Positions 11,255 through 24,581 of a stretch of 34,589 nucleotides of DNA are shown here, piece by piece. Numbering within the stretch: the first letter of the stretch is position 1; every line of letters starts with the position of its first letter. Under the pieces are notes generated by a model. The model saw only the letters and a list, made by a program, of their open reading frames with translations. It was not told where the DNA came from and ran no database searches. Source of the DNA: Collodictyon triciliatum (lineage: Eukaryota); the NCBI GenBank assembly GCA_043381765.1, contig JBHJMP010000217.1, forward strand, positions 1 through 34,589, read 5' to 3'. The translations under genes and the position numbers were made by a program.

Positions 11255-14200
11255 TCAAGAAAAAGTCGGAGTGACAACGCGCATCGCTCCGTTTCCGCCA
11301 CCACTCGACCGGCTTGAGCGGGACGACGCGGCGCTGCTGCTGGTGCCCGGGCGAGAGCCTTGGGATGAGCCTGGGCGCGAAGACTGTTCGGAAGGTGCGC
11401 GGCTGATGCTCCTGTTGCAAACAGAAAAACAGTGCATGTTGAGGAAAAAGTAGAAAAGAGGAAAAGAAAAATGAAACAATTGAAAAGATACTATACTTTA
11501 ACCCAGATTGCTCCAAAGCGCGGTCTACAGCCCCCGAGATATCAGGATTCATCTTCACCACCTGATAGAGAGACTGCAATAGATATTTGTTGAACTCACG
11601 GAGCTCAGCAACACGAAAGTCCTTCTCTTCCATGCTGAATTCGTGTTCTCCGATTCCCCGCTTCTTTCTGTGCTCTTTGGAGAGTCTAGACAAATTAAGT
11701 TTAAATATTAAATGGTGTTTAGCGACACAAATCATGCTTGTATGTCTTGTTCTTACCTAAATTGATTCAGAAAAAGAAAAAAAAAAGAAATGTTTTAGTA
11801 AAGTCAATATGATAAGTACATACTTTGTCATTTGCTTGAAGGCACGCTCGAGTTTCGATTTTTGCTCCGATAACTCTTTGTCTGCCGAAGACTTTTTGGC
11901 TTCTAAAGTTTCCAGCTGTCTGAGAAGGAAATCTTGCTCCTGTATAAATAGGAACCCGCTTATTTATATGCATTTATTCATCTGAAGATACACAACGAAA
12001 ATATCAAGCTAATAACAATCATGCATATGGTTTTTATAGCCTACCTGTCTCGATGAACCGAGGCTCTTTTCTAACTCTGTCAACTCTTCTTGAAGGTCAC
12101 GTATTTCACGCTTCTTGAACCTAAGCTTATCCACTGCAGCTCGATGTTGCTACATAAACATATTTGATTTTGTATGGATAGTGCCCGCAAGCATATATCA
12201 CGTGAACAATTTATTACCCCTTCATTTTGCTCAAATTCAAAACAAAAGTATATGCTTGACTATAAACCTCCTCCATGTTGAGCTTCTCTCCGTATTCCTT
12301 TGAGTCTGTATCTACCCTACTCAGGAGCGCCCGAATCCTATTTTTTTAAAAATAAATAAATAAATAATGGTACTTCACAAAAACGTGGACGTAAGGGACA
12401 AAAAATAAATATATGAGGGGTTGCTGTCATATTGATAAAACATACTCTTCGTTTGAGCCAGCTAGCATCGATAGAGTGTTTTGCAGCGCCCTAATCTCCT
12501 TCTCGCATTGACGGATTTTGGAATCCAACTCATCTCCCTGCCGCTGAAGTTCTTCACGCTCTTGCGCAGCTTTGATAACAAAGTATGCAGGTGAACGTTC
12601 CTCGTCTCCTTCCCCCTTCAGTTTCCCTGCTATGACCTCGTATTTGCTGCGAAGTTTGTCGACTTTCACTAGCCTATCTTTAAGCTCTAGCATAACGACA
12701 TGTTTGTCCTCCTCGGCGACCTGCATTCACGAAAAGAATATTCAAACGTGTTCATCTACAAACTGTATTTATTAGGGATACATTCGATTATATTGCATTA
12801 CATCTGAATGAACTTTTTTTTTTTTTTTTTGGAAATTATAGAGTTTGTGGGGAAGAAAATACCTTCGCCTGAGCACGCAACATTTCTTTGTGGACACTAA
12901 TTTCCTTTTCTCTCTCCTCTAAGCTCGTCTGCAGTTGATGTTTGCGATTCTGGAGGCTAAATACCTAGTTTCATATATGCAATCACGTTGGGTCGATAAT
13001 CCGCTTTGGAGACTGACCAAATTATTTATTGAGTTTCTTGATGACTCGTACAATTAAAATCAAGATAACAGTATACCTCATCAGCTCGTTCATTCAGGGC
13101 ATCACGGAGTCTCTTGACTTCGAGTTTCATTACGTTTTGCTGAACCATTCTTTCCTCCTTCGCCTTAACTGTGCTTTTCAAACTTCGCTCGGCACTTTTT
13201 TGTATTGCATTTTAGTTTGGAGTTTTTTTTTTAGCATGGTGTATTACTCTAACAAAAAAAAAAAAAAAGTTATTTATTATCAATTTATATAATTTTCCTT
13301 TTTTTAAAAAAAAAATGGCGATGAAATAATATTATAGTGGATGGTTTCATAAACCTTTCATTGTCGAGGGTGATTTCAACAATCTTAGTCTCCAAATCAT
13401 CTTTCTCTTTGGCCAACTCTGCAACCTTACGTTTGGCAGCCCTAGATTGTTTGCATGAATTTAAAAGGTCCACTCTCAAATTGAGAAACCGTATATGAAT
13501 CGCTCGATTGTATGCTCAGTAATTTTGCACAGGAGAGCTGAAGAAGCATTAACCTTAAATCTAGCTCTAATTTTTTCATCTGATTTGTGAGCATAACATG
13601 TTCGGCTGTTTGTTTGTCAAGCTGAGCTTGAAGCTCCTCGATTTTTGCATTCAATACTTTTTTTTCTTCATCCGTGCGCTCTCCTTGAGCTCGAGCAACT
13701 TTTCGCTCAAGCTATGATATACAGTAATACCATGTTTTCAATTAATTTTTTTCAATTATTTATACACCACATAATATGAGAAGGCCACTACAAACTTGCT
13801 GAATCTGAAACTCTTGATTATAAATGAGCTCCTGCTGTTTTAGCGACGCATTATCCAACCTGTTACACATAATTGATAAAGGGATAACAGTGAGGAATGC
13901 AATTTCATTATATTTGGGAAGCCTGATGGATTCTTATGCAGCAGTGGGTACTCACTTGTGAATCTGACTTTGTAAGTTCTTCAGGACGGCTTGGGTTCCA
14001 ACAATTTCGGCAATAAGATTGGCCTCTTCTTGCCTTAGTTTGAATAGTTCTTGGGACTGTTTAAAGCATTCATCTTTCAAGGAACCGACTTCCTTTTCCA
14101 TTTCCTTTAATCTGTTGGTCTCTTGTTTATAATAGGCTTCTACCTAAAACGTCATTCTATCCATTAGTTACGGAAGGACTATATCTTTCTTGAACTAATA

Positions 14201-16346
14201 CAAAATGCTATCATTTGTAATATAGTGAACGATATATACAAAACCTTTTTCATTCCTTGCTCTAAATCATCTGTAAGAGAAAATTCCTGCTCAAGTTTCC
14301 TTTGAGTTTCAATTCTGTGCCTTTTCAACGCATCCAATTTTTTTCGCTTCTCTTCCAATTCAAACTGTTGCGTGCTTGTTTCTGATCTTTGTTGTCCCAG
14401 GTCCATGGCAACCTTTTTTTTTTTTCATCAAAAAATATGTATAAGCTGCTTATTATGCCTTATGATGTAAAATTGAATTACACAGGCCGCATGCGTACCA
14501 AATTGGACGAGTATGTAATAAGAGTGCAATTAACCTTGTTAAGAGTGTTTTTCATGACCTCTACTTCATCTTGAAACTCCACCAATCCTTGTTGAGAGGC
14601 ATTGAATTCTGTACGCTGCCTAGCAACTTGCCTGTCATAAAGTGTGATCTTATTTTCGACCTCCTAGAGGGATGGATTGATATACTGTCAATATTCGTAT
14701 AATTTTCTTTGGTTATAATCAATCAAGTAACTAAATAATGAAGGTATCTCTCTACTTGGAGATTAAAAAAAAGAAAAAGAGGGAGTTTTGTTTCATAATC
14801 GAGGAGTTGGTTAATGATGCAGTCCCAGAAAATACAAACCTTATTATTTGCCACTTCACCCTCTAGAAACTTTTTTTGCTCAGAGATGGCAGCTTGTTGC
14901 TCAGAGATGGCTCTCTGTAGTTAAAAAAATCTTCAGTGGGCCCATCAGCTTCAAGATAGATTAACAAGTTACTATTCATGCGTTCCTTTTTGCCTCATTT
15001 TAGTGAGAGTGTGATGACCATACCTTCACTTCTGCGAAACGCTCTCCTGCTCGGCGAATGGCTTCGTCTCGTCGCTGCATTGCCTGAATGGTGTCTTCCC
15101 ATTGTTTAATGAGGTCCTGTCTTTGTTTGTGCATTTTTTTGAATTCCTCTGCTGTCTTATCCAATTCGATTTGGCTAGCCTGAGTTTCTGTAATCTAAGT
15201 TTCATGAACGGAGGACGAAAAACATAAATATGGTTAGTCATCGCTTCGGCCACGATTGGTTTAATGATAATATACTCTAATACTACTGCCAAACAAATCT
15301 TATTATGAACCTCCTCGTCAAGCTCAGCTTTCTTCTTTAGCACATCTTTGGTGAGCTTCTCCACTTGAAGCGTAATATCTTTGATTTTTTGTTCATCTGC
15401 ACGAGTATACCTGTTTTGTTTTTCCAAAATAATTATTATACGGATACTTAACCACATATTCATACAGGAGATAACATCACCATTATTATTTTCTAGTAAA
15501 AAAAATTTGTCAGGAATCTGAGTAAACCTCTCAAGGGCAAGGTTATCATCTTCTTTTTGTTTGGCAGCCAGAGCCCATTGTTCCAACTCTTCATTATTCC
15601 AGTTTCGTTGCAGTTTAAATTGATCCAATTTGTCATTACCAGAGAATATTGAATTCTGAAGAACATTAATCTATGCATACCGGGGTTATCTTTAAAGAAA
15701 GGTAACATGCATACAATAGTTCATGACTATTTGCAGGCGGAATGAGAAAAACGTCGATATTCTTTTATATCTATATAACTACTTTTCTGTATTTGTACAA
15801 ATCCAAACCGCATCTTGAAGGTCGGACACTTGCTTATCAAGCCGCTTCATTTCGGCCGTGATGCGTCCGGTTTCTCTTTCGGCCAACTGGCGCATGTGCT
15901 GCTCAGAGTCAATTTCTTTGCCTTTTGCCGTGCTCAGCTGCTCTGTGTGAAACAGCTCCTGCTGGACGTTCTTGAGATGCTCGGTCATCACTTGGATGCG
16001 CTCCTGATTCTCAGAGACATCAGCCTCCAGGCGCATCAGAAGCTTCTCCTTCTCTTTAACCTATAATGCATATATTCAAATCGACGTCGTTAAGGCATAT
16101 AGTGAATAAATAAATAAAAAAAACTGTAATAAATAAATGAGTAAATAAGAAAAGGGAATATTCTTTTCAGTAAAAAAAATAAAATCGACGTGTATGTAAA
16201 TACTGTCCCACCGAGAGTTCAAATGGATTATAATTCACTTAGAAATGAATCAAAACCTCCTGATCAAGGCGTTTGTTGGCTTCATTTGCAAAAGGAGGAA
16301 GCTCTGTAACAAGGTCTACGCTCGGCATCTGGCTTCTCTTGGCCAT
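11255..16346 (-). CDS. CCDC39: Coiled-coil domain-containing protein 39 (axonemal 96-nm ruler, FAP59 orthologue), 20 exons
   Basis: Spliced protein MAKRSQMPSVDLVTELPPFANEANKRLDQE|VKEK...EHLKNVQQEL...RQLAERETGR...NWNNEELEQWALAAKQKEDDNLALERY...ETQASQIELDKTAEEF...LIKQWE...QQELIYNQEFQIQQ|LERKVARAQGE...SPAYFVIKAAQEREELQRQGDELDSKIRQCEKEIRALQNTL. These are hallmark CCDC39 motifs. All 19 introns are GT-AG with matching phases. Exon 1 is 16257-16346 and exon 2 is 15809-16060; TGA at 11255-11257. Confidence 0.95.
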
Positions 16347-17772
16347 TTTCCTAAGTGGACTCTTAAGTGGCTATGCCTTTGTGGATCTGGCCTGTGTGTA
16401 TGTACCAAACACGTTCCTATGGTCTATTACTGACACACTTTGCAAACAATAAGGTCTTCCTCTGCACTTGTGTTGAGGCGATGGAAGCTGTCCAAGGGTG
16501 ACAAAAAGGTACTTTTCGGCTACGGCCTACCCTGCTGGTGGCTGCAATACAAGCGAGCACATAGAAATTCGTTAGCATATGACATGTTGACCAGACGAGT
16601 GAGAGTACACTGGCGAGTTGGTCCTGTGTCTCAGGAATCCATTCCTCAGAAGAGACCTTTCGCGGTCTCAAGACTCGCAGCCCATGTTTGCGCTCTGCTT
16701 GATTCATTTGTTTTGTTGCGTGTGATTGGGTGCGCTGTCGTAATGAACTTCGTTACGAAGATGGCCTGGACGTTTCGGTGTGTCCGTTGGATTAGTTTGG
16801 AAATTGAATGTGGAATTTTGGCGATACGTATTTGACATGGTTGCGCGGGCTTTATTGTCAATGCAACCGCCCACGCAATACCTTCAATTTCTTCTTGTCG
16901 TCAGCAATGGTTGTGTCTATTGCGATTCGTTATTCAAGACTTCACACAGCTTCTATCCAGCGGCATCCATCTTTTACTGCCTTAATAATTCGGAACGGTC
17001 AACTAAAACTCTAAGAAAAGTAACATAAATACCCACACAATTTATCGTTTGCTTAAGAAGTTCTTAGAGACCTCTTGAAACAAACTTATCAGTAAAATAT
17101 GGGTCGCATCCATAGCGGAATGCTGGAATCTCCCAGATAGTCCGGTTTTCTTGAACCACGTGAGCTTGCCCAATCGGTACCACTAAGCTTTATATGCCCT
17201 GCTGTGTTTCAATACCATTTCCTTTATCGGTTTTCTTTGTGAAACTTTTTCTTTTTGGGGAGCTACAAATATGCTCTCATAGCCCAACAATTTTTTATTT
17301 ACGCTCACTTTCCATATCGTTTCGATTTTGGTTTTCTTGGACTGTTTTTTTTTTCCCCCGTAGCACTACTTCACCACTAAAATACTGCTGTCCAATAATA
17401 AATCATATCCAGTGAGACCGAACCCCCAAAATCATTCGCCGTCCATGCCTTATGCATATTGCTCTTCCAATCAGCATCTATCGAATGGCTTATCTAGAGT
17501 ACAGTGATATTGCATAGATAGATAGATAGATTCGTATGTACATGTTTTTATTTCATAGTTCCATTCACGCTATCAATATATTTGGAGTATAAGTTAGATA
17601 TCTCGGTGGTGCACGCATGAAAATAGTCGACAAACATACGCAGGGTTAAAGTGGCAAAATATAATAATGGATGTGAACACTTGAATGTTGCCTAGCAAGT
17701 TAATGAAGCTACGAGAATTGAAGTCATTAAATCCTGGCGTCCACATGTTGCCACCGATGCGACATCTTCCTA

Positions 17773-20700
17773 TCAGTATGTCGCATATGATGTGGTCGGT
17801 CCTTGTCGGGTAGTTTCATTCTGACGAAGTTTGGAGAACCACTCTAGGTTCTTCTCTCCAGAAGTAGCCTTAGGCCTAATTTGCAATGTTGGAGTGCTGT
17901 TCCCAAGTGCACGCGGCTCGTATGATGGTTTTGCTGTATTCCGTAACGATCCTTGCACATACTCATGCTTGGGTGTTTCTGGGAGTTGGTTGGGGACTGA
18001 AGATGAAACAGAGCTGTTCATTGCGGATGGTATATAGGCAACTTGGTTGGTGTGTAGTTGCTCAGGCCCACGATAAGCCTGGTGGTTAATTAAAAAAAGA
18101 TTTCTAGGTTAATTTTATGTCGTGACTTATCGCTAACTGTCAAGATAAACATCATTCTTTAGAACGATATTTATCTAAAGTCTTATTTTTTGTCGTAGAT
18201 AACCTTGGTTGCAGGGGATTGAGTACTTGCTAGACGACTAATATGAAATTACGGTAATAATCAATGACAAAGTGGTTGTTACATAGTGCCAATATAAAGC
18301 GACTAAAAATAAAATATAGGCATATGAGTAAACAGACTCAATTTTAGACATGGATAATTACTGTGTCGGTAGTAATGTAATAGGAGAAATTACTTTCTTT
18401 GATTTAACAAGCGCTCCATATCGATCTCAAGTTCGTTCTTTTTATTCAAGATATCCTGGAAAAGGTGTGATATACAGAGGCAAAAATTGCGTTCAGTTAT
18501 TTGTGCAATAGGCTTCAAGAAATATAAATGAATTGTTTCAAAAAGTAACATAATCATTACTTCATATTGGGCGGACATCGCTCTGTAATACGCAACCATT
18601 TCATTTTTCAAAGAATGTGAAGGAGTTTGTAAAATCAATTTTTTTGATTAGTATTCTTGGGAAATACTTATATCTAAGGACAAAATATAGAAACAAGATG
18701 ACCTAAATACGCACTCAAAACCAAAGAAATTTTAGCTGTATTTTTTTTTCGATATATGCACCTACTTCAAGCGTTTCTCTAGCTGGCCAATAACAACTTT
18801 AGCCGTCTTTAATTCATTTTCTCGAAGTTGTATGGACTCCACCAAGTAAGAGTAAGGTTGCTGTGTCTTTTGAATCATAGTGTTTGCTCGGTTCAACTGC
18901 ACACATGATAAATCGATGAATATGAGCCGACGGATATGAAACATTAGCATGAGTATTTGAATAGTTGAATGGCGATGAATATACTAGTTCGAATCTATTG
19001 AATGTCCNNNNNNNNNNNNNNNNNNNNNNNNNNNNNNNNNNNNNNNNNNNNNNNNNNNNNNNNNNNNNNNNNNNNNNNNNNNNNNNNNNNNNNNNNNNNN
19101 AAAAATAAAAATAAAAATAAAAATAAAAATAAAAATAAAAATAAAAATAAAAATAAAAATAAAAATAAAAATAAAAATAAAAATAAAAATAAAAATAATC
19201 TAACTGACCTCTCCTGAAATAGACTCGAAGTTTTCTCTCACTTCCGACAATTCCCTCTTCAATGAGTCGTTTTCCTTTTGAAGTTCTGCCTGTGTGAAAT
19301 GAAAGAAAATGGTTAGTTGGGTTTATAATTATGTTAATAAAGTAAACAACACGGCATGCAGTCAATTTTTGATCAATTAAGCAGAATGTTACCATTTTCT
19401 TAGCTAGTCTTATGTTTTGTCGCATTCTTCTCTTGGCTGTTGTAGGAACTGATGACCCGAATGTGTCAACGATATCATCTGGCTGTTGGTTTTCTAGATG
19501 ATAGATAATGCAAACAAATGCCTTATTTATAAACCTAATCGATAAAAGTGGCTACAAAGTGTTATTCTTTCATTTTTCTTTCACCATCCACATTGCCTCC
19601 TGCTCGAACAAGAGCCTCATCTAATTCCCTCTCCAGCATTTCGTAAGAGTTTAATTTAGCACAATTCGAAGTAAGGCCCATTTCTAAAATCAGCAATCGA
19701 TACTTCAGTAGATTGAATCGTGCATGTGTATACATAAAATTAAAGAGATGAAAGGACATGCTATGCTCAAATTTAGCTGCTTAATAAAAAAAATAATTAA
19801 ACTTTCATTTAATAGTTTGTTTGTTTTGTTCCGGTTGTTTTTAAATATATAAGAGGAGGAATAACCCAGTTCAGCGATGCGTTTAGATGTGTCAGTTTGC
19901 AATTTATAATACTCGCTCGTTAATACTTCCATTTTCTTTCGATAAAGGTCATTCTCCAAGATTGCTTTGCGCAGAGAGTCACGAGTTTCCTTTCATTTTA
20001 TATTTGGTAAACCAATCGGACTAATAAACATATATTTCTTTTATTGATACATATCACTACTATTTATATTCTATACACAGCTTACTTCAAATGCAATCGC
20101 CTGGCGCTCTGTTTCAAAAGACTTCATCTTCAAAGCGTTGGTCAATTCAGAAGACTTTGAATCTGAAGAAATTTGGTACTGGCGATACCTATTCAATATA
20201 TATAAAATGAGCCAAACATGAAAAAACAAAAAAAAACAAACAAAAAAAGCCTTCACCAAATCTTAAATATATTCATCAAGAATAATCTATATGACTTCTA
20301 ATCGGAAAAAAAAAAGAATAGATCAAGTTCACTGTTGCCATGATTATTATTTTTTTTTTTTTAAAAAAAAAGTAACGAAAATTAAAGGCATTTAAATGGT
20401 TGAAAATTGATATTGCCGTATGATTCGTGTGTTCGATTGATTCAGTTGCAGGAGGGAAAATATGTTATAATCAAAACTTATATTTACTCTTGCATCAGCT
20501 CTTGATATGATGTCTTCAATTCTTCTAGCTGAAGTGTAGCTTTCTTACAATCGGTAAGAGCCATATCACGAGCATCTCTCAAAGATCTGCATTTGGGTTA
20601 TTCGTTCTAAATTAAGAGAAATAGAGGAAATATACTATTTTTAAAAGAATACTAATAATTAAGAACCTGAGCTCTCTTTCAGTCAACTCTTTAGAATCGA

Positions 20701-23700
20701 GTCTGATTTTCTCTAGGTCAGACTCACTTTGGACTCGAATTCGGTCCAGCTCATTCTATATAATTGGATACTTAATGATACAACAAAATAAATTGAAAAT
20801 GCTTTTATTTCTATTCATTTTCCCTTCTTTTTTTTTTTTTNNNNNNNNNNNNNNNNNNNNNNNNNNNNNNNNNNNNNNNNNNNNNNNNNNNNNNNNNNNN
20901 NNNNNNNNNNNNNNNNNNNNNNNNNNNNNNNNNNNNNNNNNNNNNNNNNNNNNNTTTTTTTTTGTTGTTGGTAAATTATGTTTGTAAATGACGAATTCTA
21001 TAATTTCAAATTCAAATATAAATTCGATGAAATGTTTTACTCGAAGTCGCTCCTCATAGCCCATGCGTTGTTCCTCCCGGTTGTGAAGGAGTTTATCGTA
21101 CATTTCGTCTCTGGCCTTTTGTAACTATAATGTATTGGGTAAAAAGTTATCAAAAGTTATTTAATTGTAAAATATTTACGTTTCTTTTAGAATGTGCTAA
21201 ATAAAAAAAAATGTTTAGTTTGCATCATACCTCGTTGACTTTCGCTAAAAGTATAGTGCATTGGTCTTCTGCCTTTTCATACCTTAGCTTGCTAGTTTCG
21301 ACCTCTTTTGAGAGGTAAATCTGCCCAAATGATAGACATTTACAAAAAAATAAATGGTATTATTTATTTTATTTATTTTCGGGGTATTTCAGACCTTGTC
21401 CATTTTATATAAATCAACTTCCTGGCGTAACTGTTCATTGGTTTGTCTAAATTCATCTCTCATTGATTGGATTTCACTATACTAAGTATTTCGAGAAATA
21501 TGTAAGGTTACCATATATTGTAATTTTAAAGGAGTTCTTGAAAAATATCAGAGCCGGTTATTTTTTTCTCCAAAAGGACTTACTCGCATTTCAGATGTAT
21601 CTCTATCAGATTTAAGCTGCGCTAAATTCTTTTCAAGTTCATTTGCATAAAGTCTCAACTATTATTTTTCAGTGGTTGGTTGTATAAAGCGGAGGTCACA
21701 AAATAAACTTTCATTTTGTTTCACAGTTTTTTTCTCTTGTTGTTATTATTTGTATTAAGTCCTCTTAAGTAGTCATATGGTACGAAGGAGCATGAATGAT
21801 AAAATATTATAGTATACATCATCGTATAAGGAGCCTTTAGCTGTCAGCTCTTCCACTTTTACTCTCTTTTCATCAAGCTCTTTCTCCATCTTTCTGAATT
21901 TTGCTAAGCACGTATGTGATTTTATTTTTGACTACTGAAAGGATTTCATATTGAAATGGCTTTTATTAGGGTAATATATATGTCATATATGTCATATGTG
22001 GTCAATATATGTACCTTCAAATACGGCCAGGTCCATTTTTAATGTTTTGATTTCCTCGGTGGAACTCCGGACGATGTGTTCTTTTTCACGCCGACATGTC
22101 TCTGCCTTTTCTTCCAACTCAATCGACTTGGATCTAACACAATAGATTGATACAGTGAAATGTGTTTAGCACGGTTTCTTTTGGAAGTTTGAATTATGAA
22201 TAAATAGTGGCTCTTAATTGAAGGTCTATTTTTTAAAAAAAAAACATGCACCATAGAAAGACAATTATAGTTTCAGGCAATGTTGTATCGAATCTTATGA
22301 CAGAAAATACCGAAGTTCGCTCATGTCCTTTTTCAGTTGTTCTTTTTCATTACGGAACTGGACATACATTTCATACGACTTTACCTATATCATGAGTAGC
22401 ATTTTTTATTTTGCAAATGTTGAATAGGTATATAACCGAAAGTAATATATTCCATTTATTCGATTAAAAGAAAAATTGAGGGAAACTTAAAAAAATGGTT
22501 TGATTTATAGATAGAAATAAAACACATAATTCAATATATTATATGTGATATTGACAGTTGCTGTTCAAGGAAAGCTATGATATTTGGAATAGGGCGATTA
22601 AAATTGAAAACAAACTTGAACAAATTGCTCGAGAGTCCAAGAGTCGGGAGATTTCCCACGAATTTCAGCATATCTAGTGGAACGAATAAAAAAAAACCAT
22701 GAGAGCGATATATAAGTTAACTTAGGGAAGCGAGCAAAAGTGGTTCTTCGAAATAATGTTGGTCATATATTAATAACAGCCGCATACAGTGAATCTGATG
22801 GAATGATATCCATCAGGGAATTTCTTGTGTCACGTAATTGACCCAACCGGGTCGATGGGTGAGATTCAATCTAATTATTACTTTTAAATGAATAACTATA
22901 TATTATAAAATGTTTATGGTTGATAGTTTGTCTGACATTCCTCCCTTGGTACAATGAGACATGTCTCATAAATATTAACATTAACATTAACATTGACAAT
23001 AACAATAATCATAATAATCATAATAATCATAATAATCATAATAATCATAATAATCATAATAATCATAATAATCATAATAATCATAATAATCATAATTTCG
23101 AAAAACAGCATGTTAAAAGTGCCTTTTCGACAGTCTGAAGCAACTCAGTTATTTTTCTCTCGGCATCATGTTCAATCATCGCTACCCTTTCATCCGTTCT
23201 ATGATATTATGTTAAATGAAAATGTAGCTACATAATCTTTAATACAGTTTTTATCCACTCATAAAATTTGTACACGTCTTTCAAACATATTTTATTTTTA
23301 ATTTTTTAAAAAATATACTCATAAAGCACTTCTACTTGAAATTTTCGGTTACAATAGAGGGAGCAATTCATGTATGAGTGTACTTTTTCTTTTCAATAAG
23401 ATACATCTGGAGTCGATGTTCCAGTTCTTTGATGATTTCTTTTTGCTCGTGGATAACTTGCTGAAATTCACTCTGTATTTGTTGGTACATGTCAAAGTCG
23501 CTTCAACAAAGACCATAAATAAATGATACGAAGAGCTAACTTTGGATGATCATGTCGAAATCATCATCATCAAAATCCACAATCACCGCAAACTTGATTT
23601 AAAATTATTCAGGTTTCTAGGATAGACATCATAGCATATCTGATAGAGAATTACTCTCATGATGGCCGTTTCTCTTTCTCTGGATAGGATTTCTGCACGA

Positions 23701-23797
23701 AGCTTTTCGTTCTCTGCTTTAATTTTCTTTGATGCTAAATAAACATGAGCGCAATATGGTTTTAAAATAATGCTCATTTTGTCGAGTGACAGTTCAG

Positions 23798-23842
<45 letters not shown>

Positions 23843-24550
23843 TGATACGATCGTGCAAACAGCTCCCAAAAAAGAAAGTGAGAGATAACTTACAATCGAT
23901 CTTGGACGCATCATATTCACTATTGAAAGTCAAAGAGGATGAATCATGCCGAGACTCCTGATAGTGTCACATACAATAGCGAAAAAAAAAAATAACGGCC
24001 ATCCCAGTTAACAATTTACAACAATTATTTATTCATCATCAATGTTTTTCTTTCCCGTTCAAAATGATATTTCTTTCGTGCTTTCGTATCATAGAATTGT
24101 ATATGATCTCAAGTATCCCATTCTTGCTTAAAATATAATTAAAAATTGGGTGCTTTTGCTTCTTGCATAAAAATAAATAAATGAGAAACTTACTGAGCTT
24201 CCTCCATTCTCATTGGCACTTAGAGTGTCATTCAGAATCTGGCGTGCTTCCGGCTCTCCGATAGTCTATTTGATTAAAATTAAACACATTTTTTTTGAAA
24301 AAGTAATTTGATATGGAATTTAAAAAAAAAAGAAAGAAAAAACATGAGGTTGGTCTGTGACTCAGCGAGAATACATGTAATCCTTTGTTTCAAAGTAGAG
24401 GAAAGAAATGCTTGAGTTGGAAAATGAACGGTTTGAATATAAGAAATACAAGCAACTCGCCCTTTATAAACACGAAGCAAAGAAATTGTTATAGTGGGTA
24501 ATACAAAAAAAAAAAAAAAAAAAAAAAGAAAAAAAAATGTTATAAGGGGA

Positions 24551-24581
<31 letters not shown>

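Noticed and set aside
16629..16669. CTGAGGA and GAAA suggesting a hammerhead ribozyme; inverted BsaI sites suggesting cloning sequence
   Set aside because: The core elements are only 8 nt apart, so stems I and III cannot form, and there is no vector context.
16572..16685. Minus-strand ATG-GGC-TGC-GAG-TCT-TGA resembling a CxxU selenoprotein motif
   Set aside because: Read-through gives only ~37 codons with no thioredoxin-like context, and I see no SECIS element.
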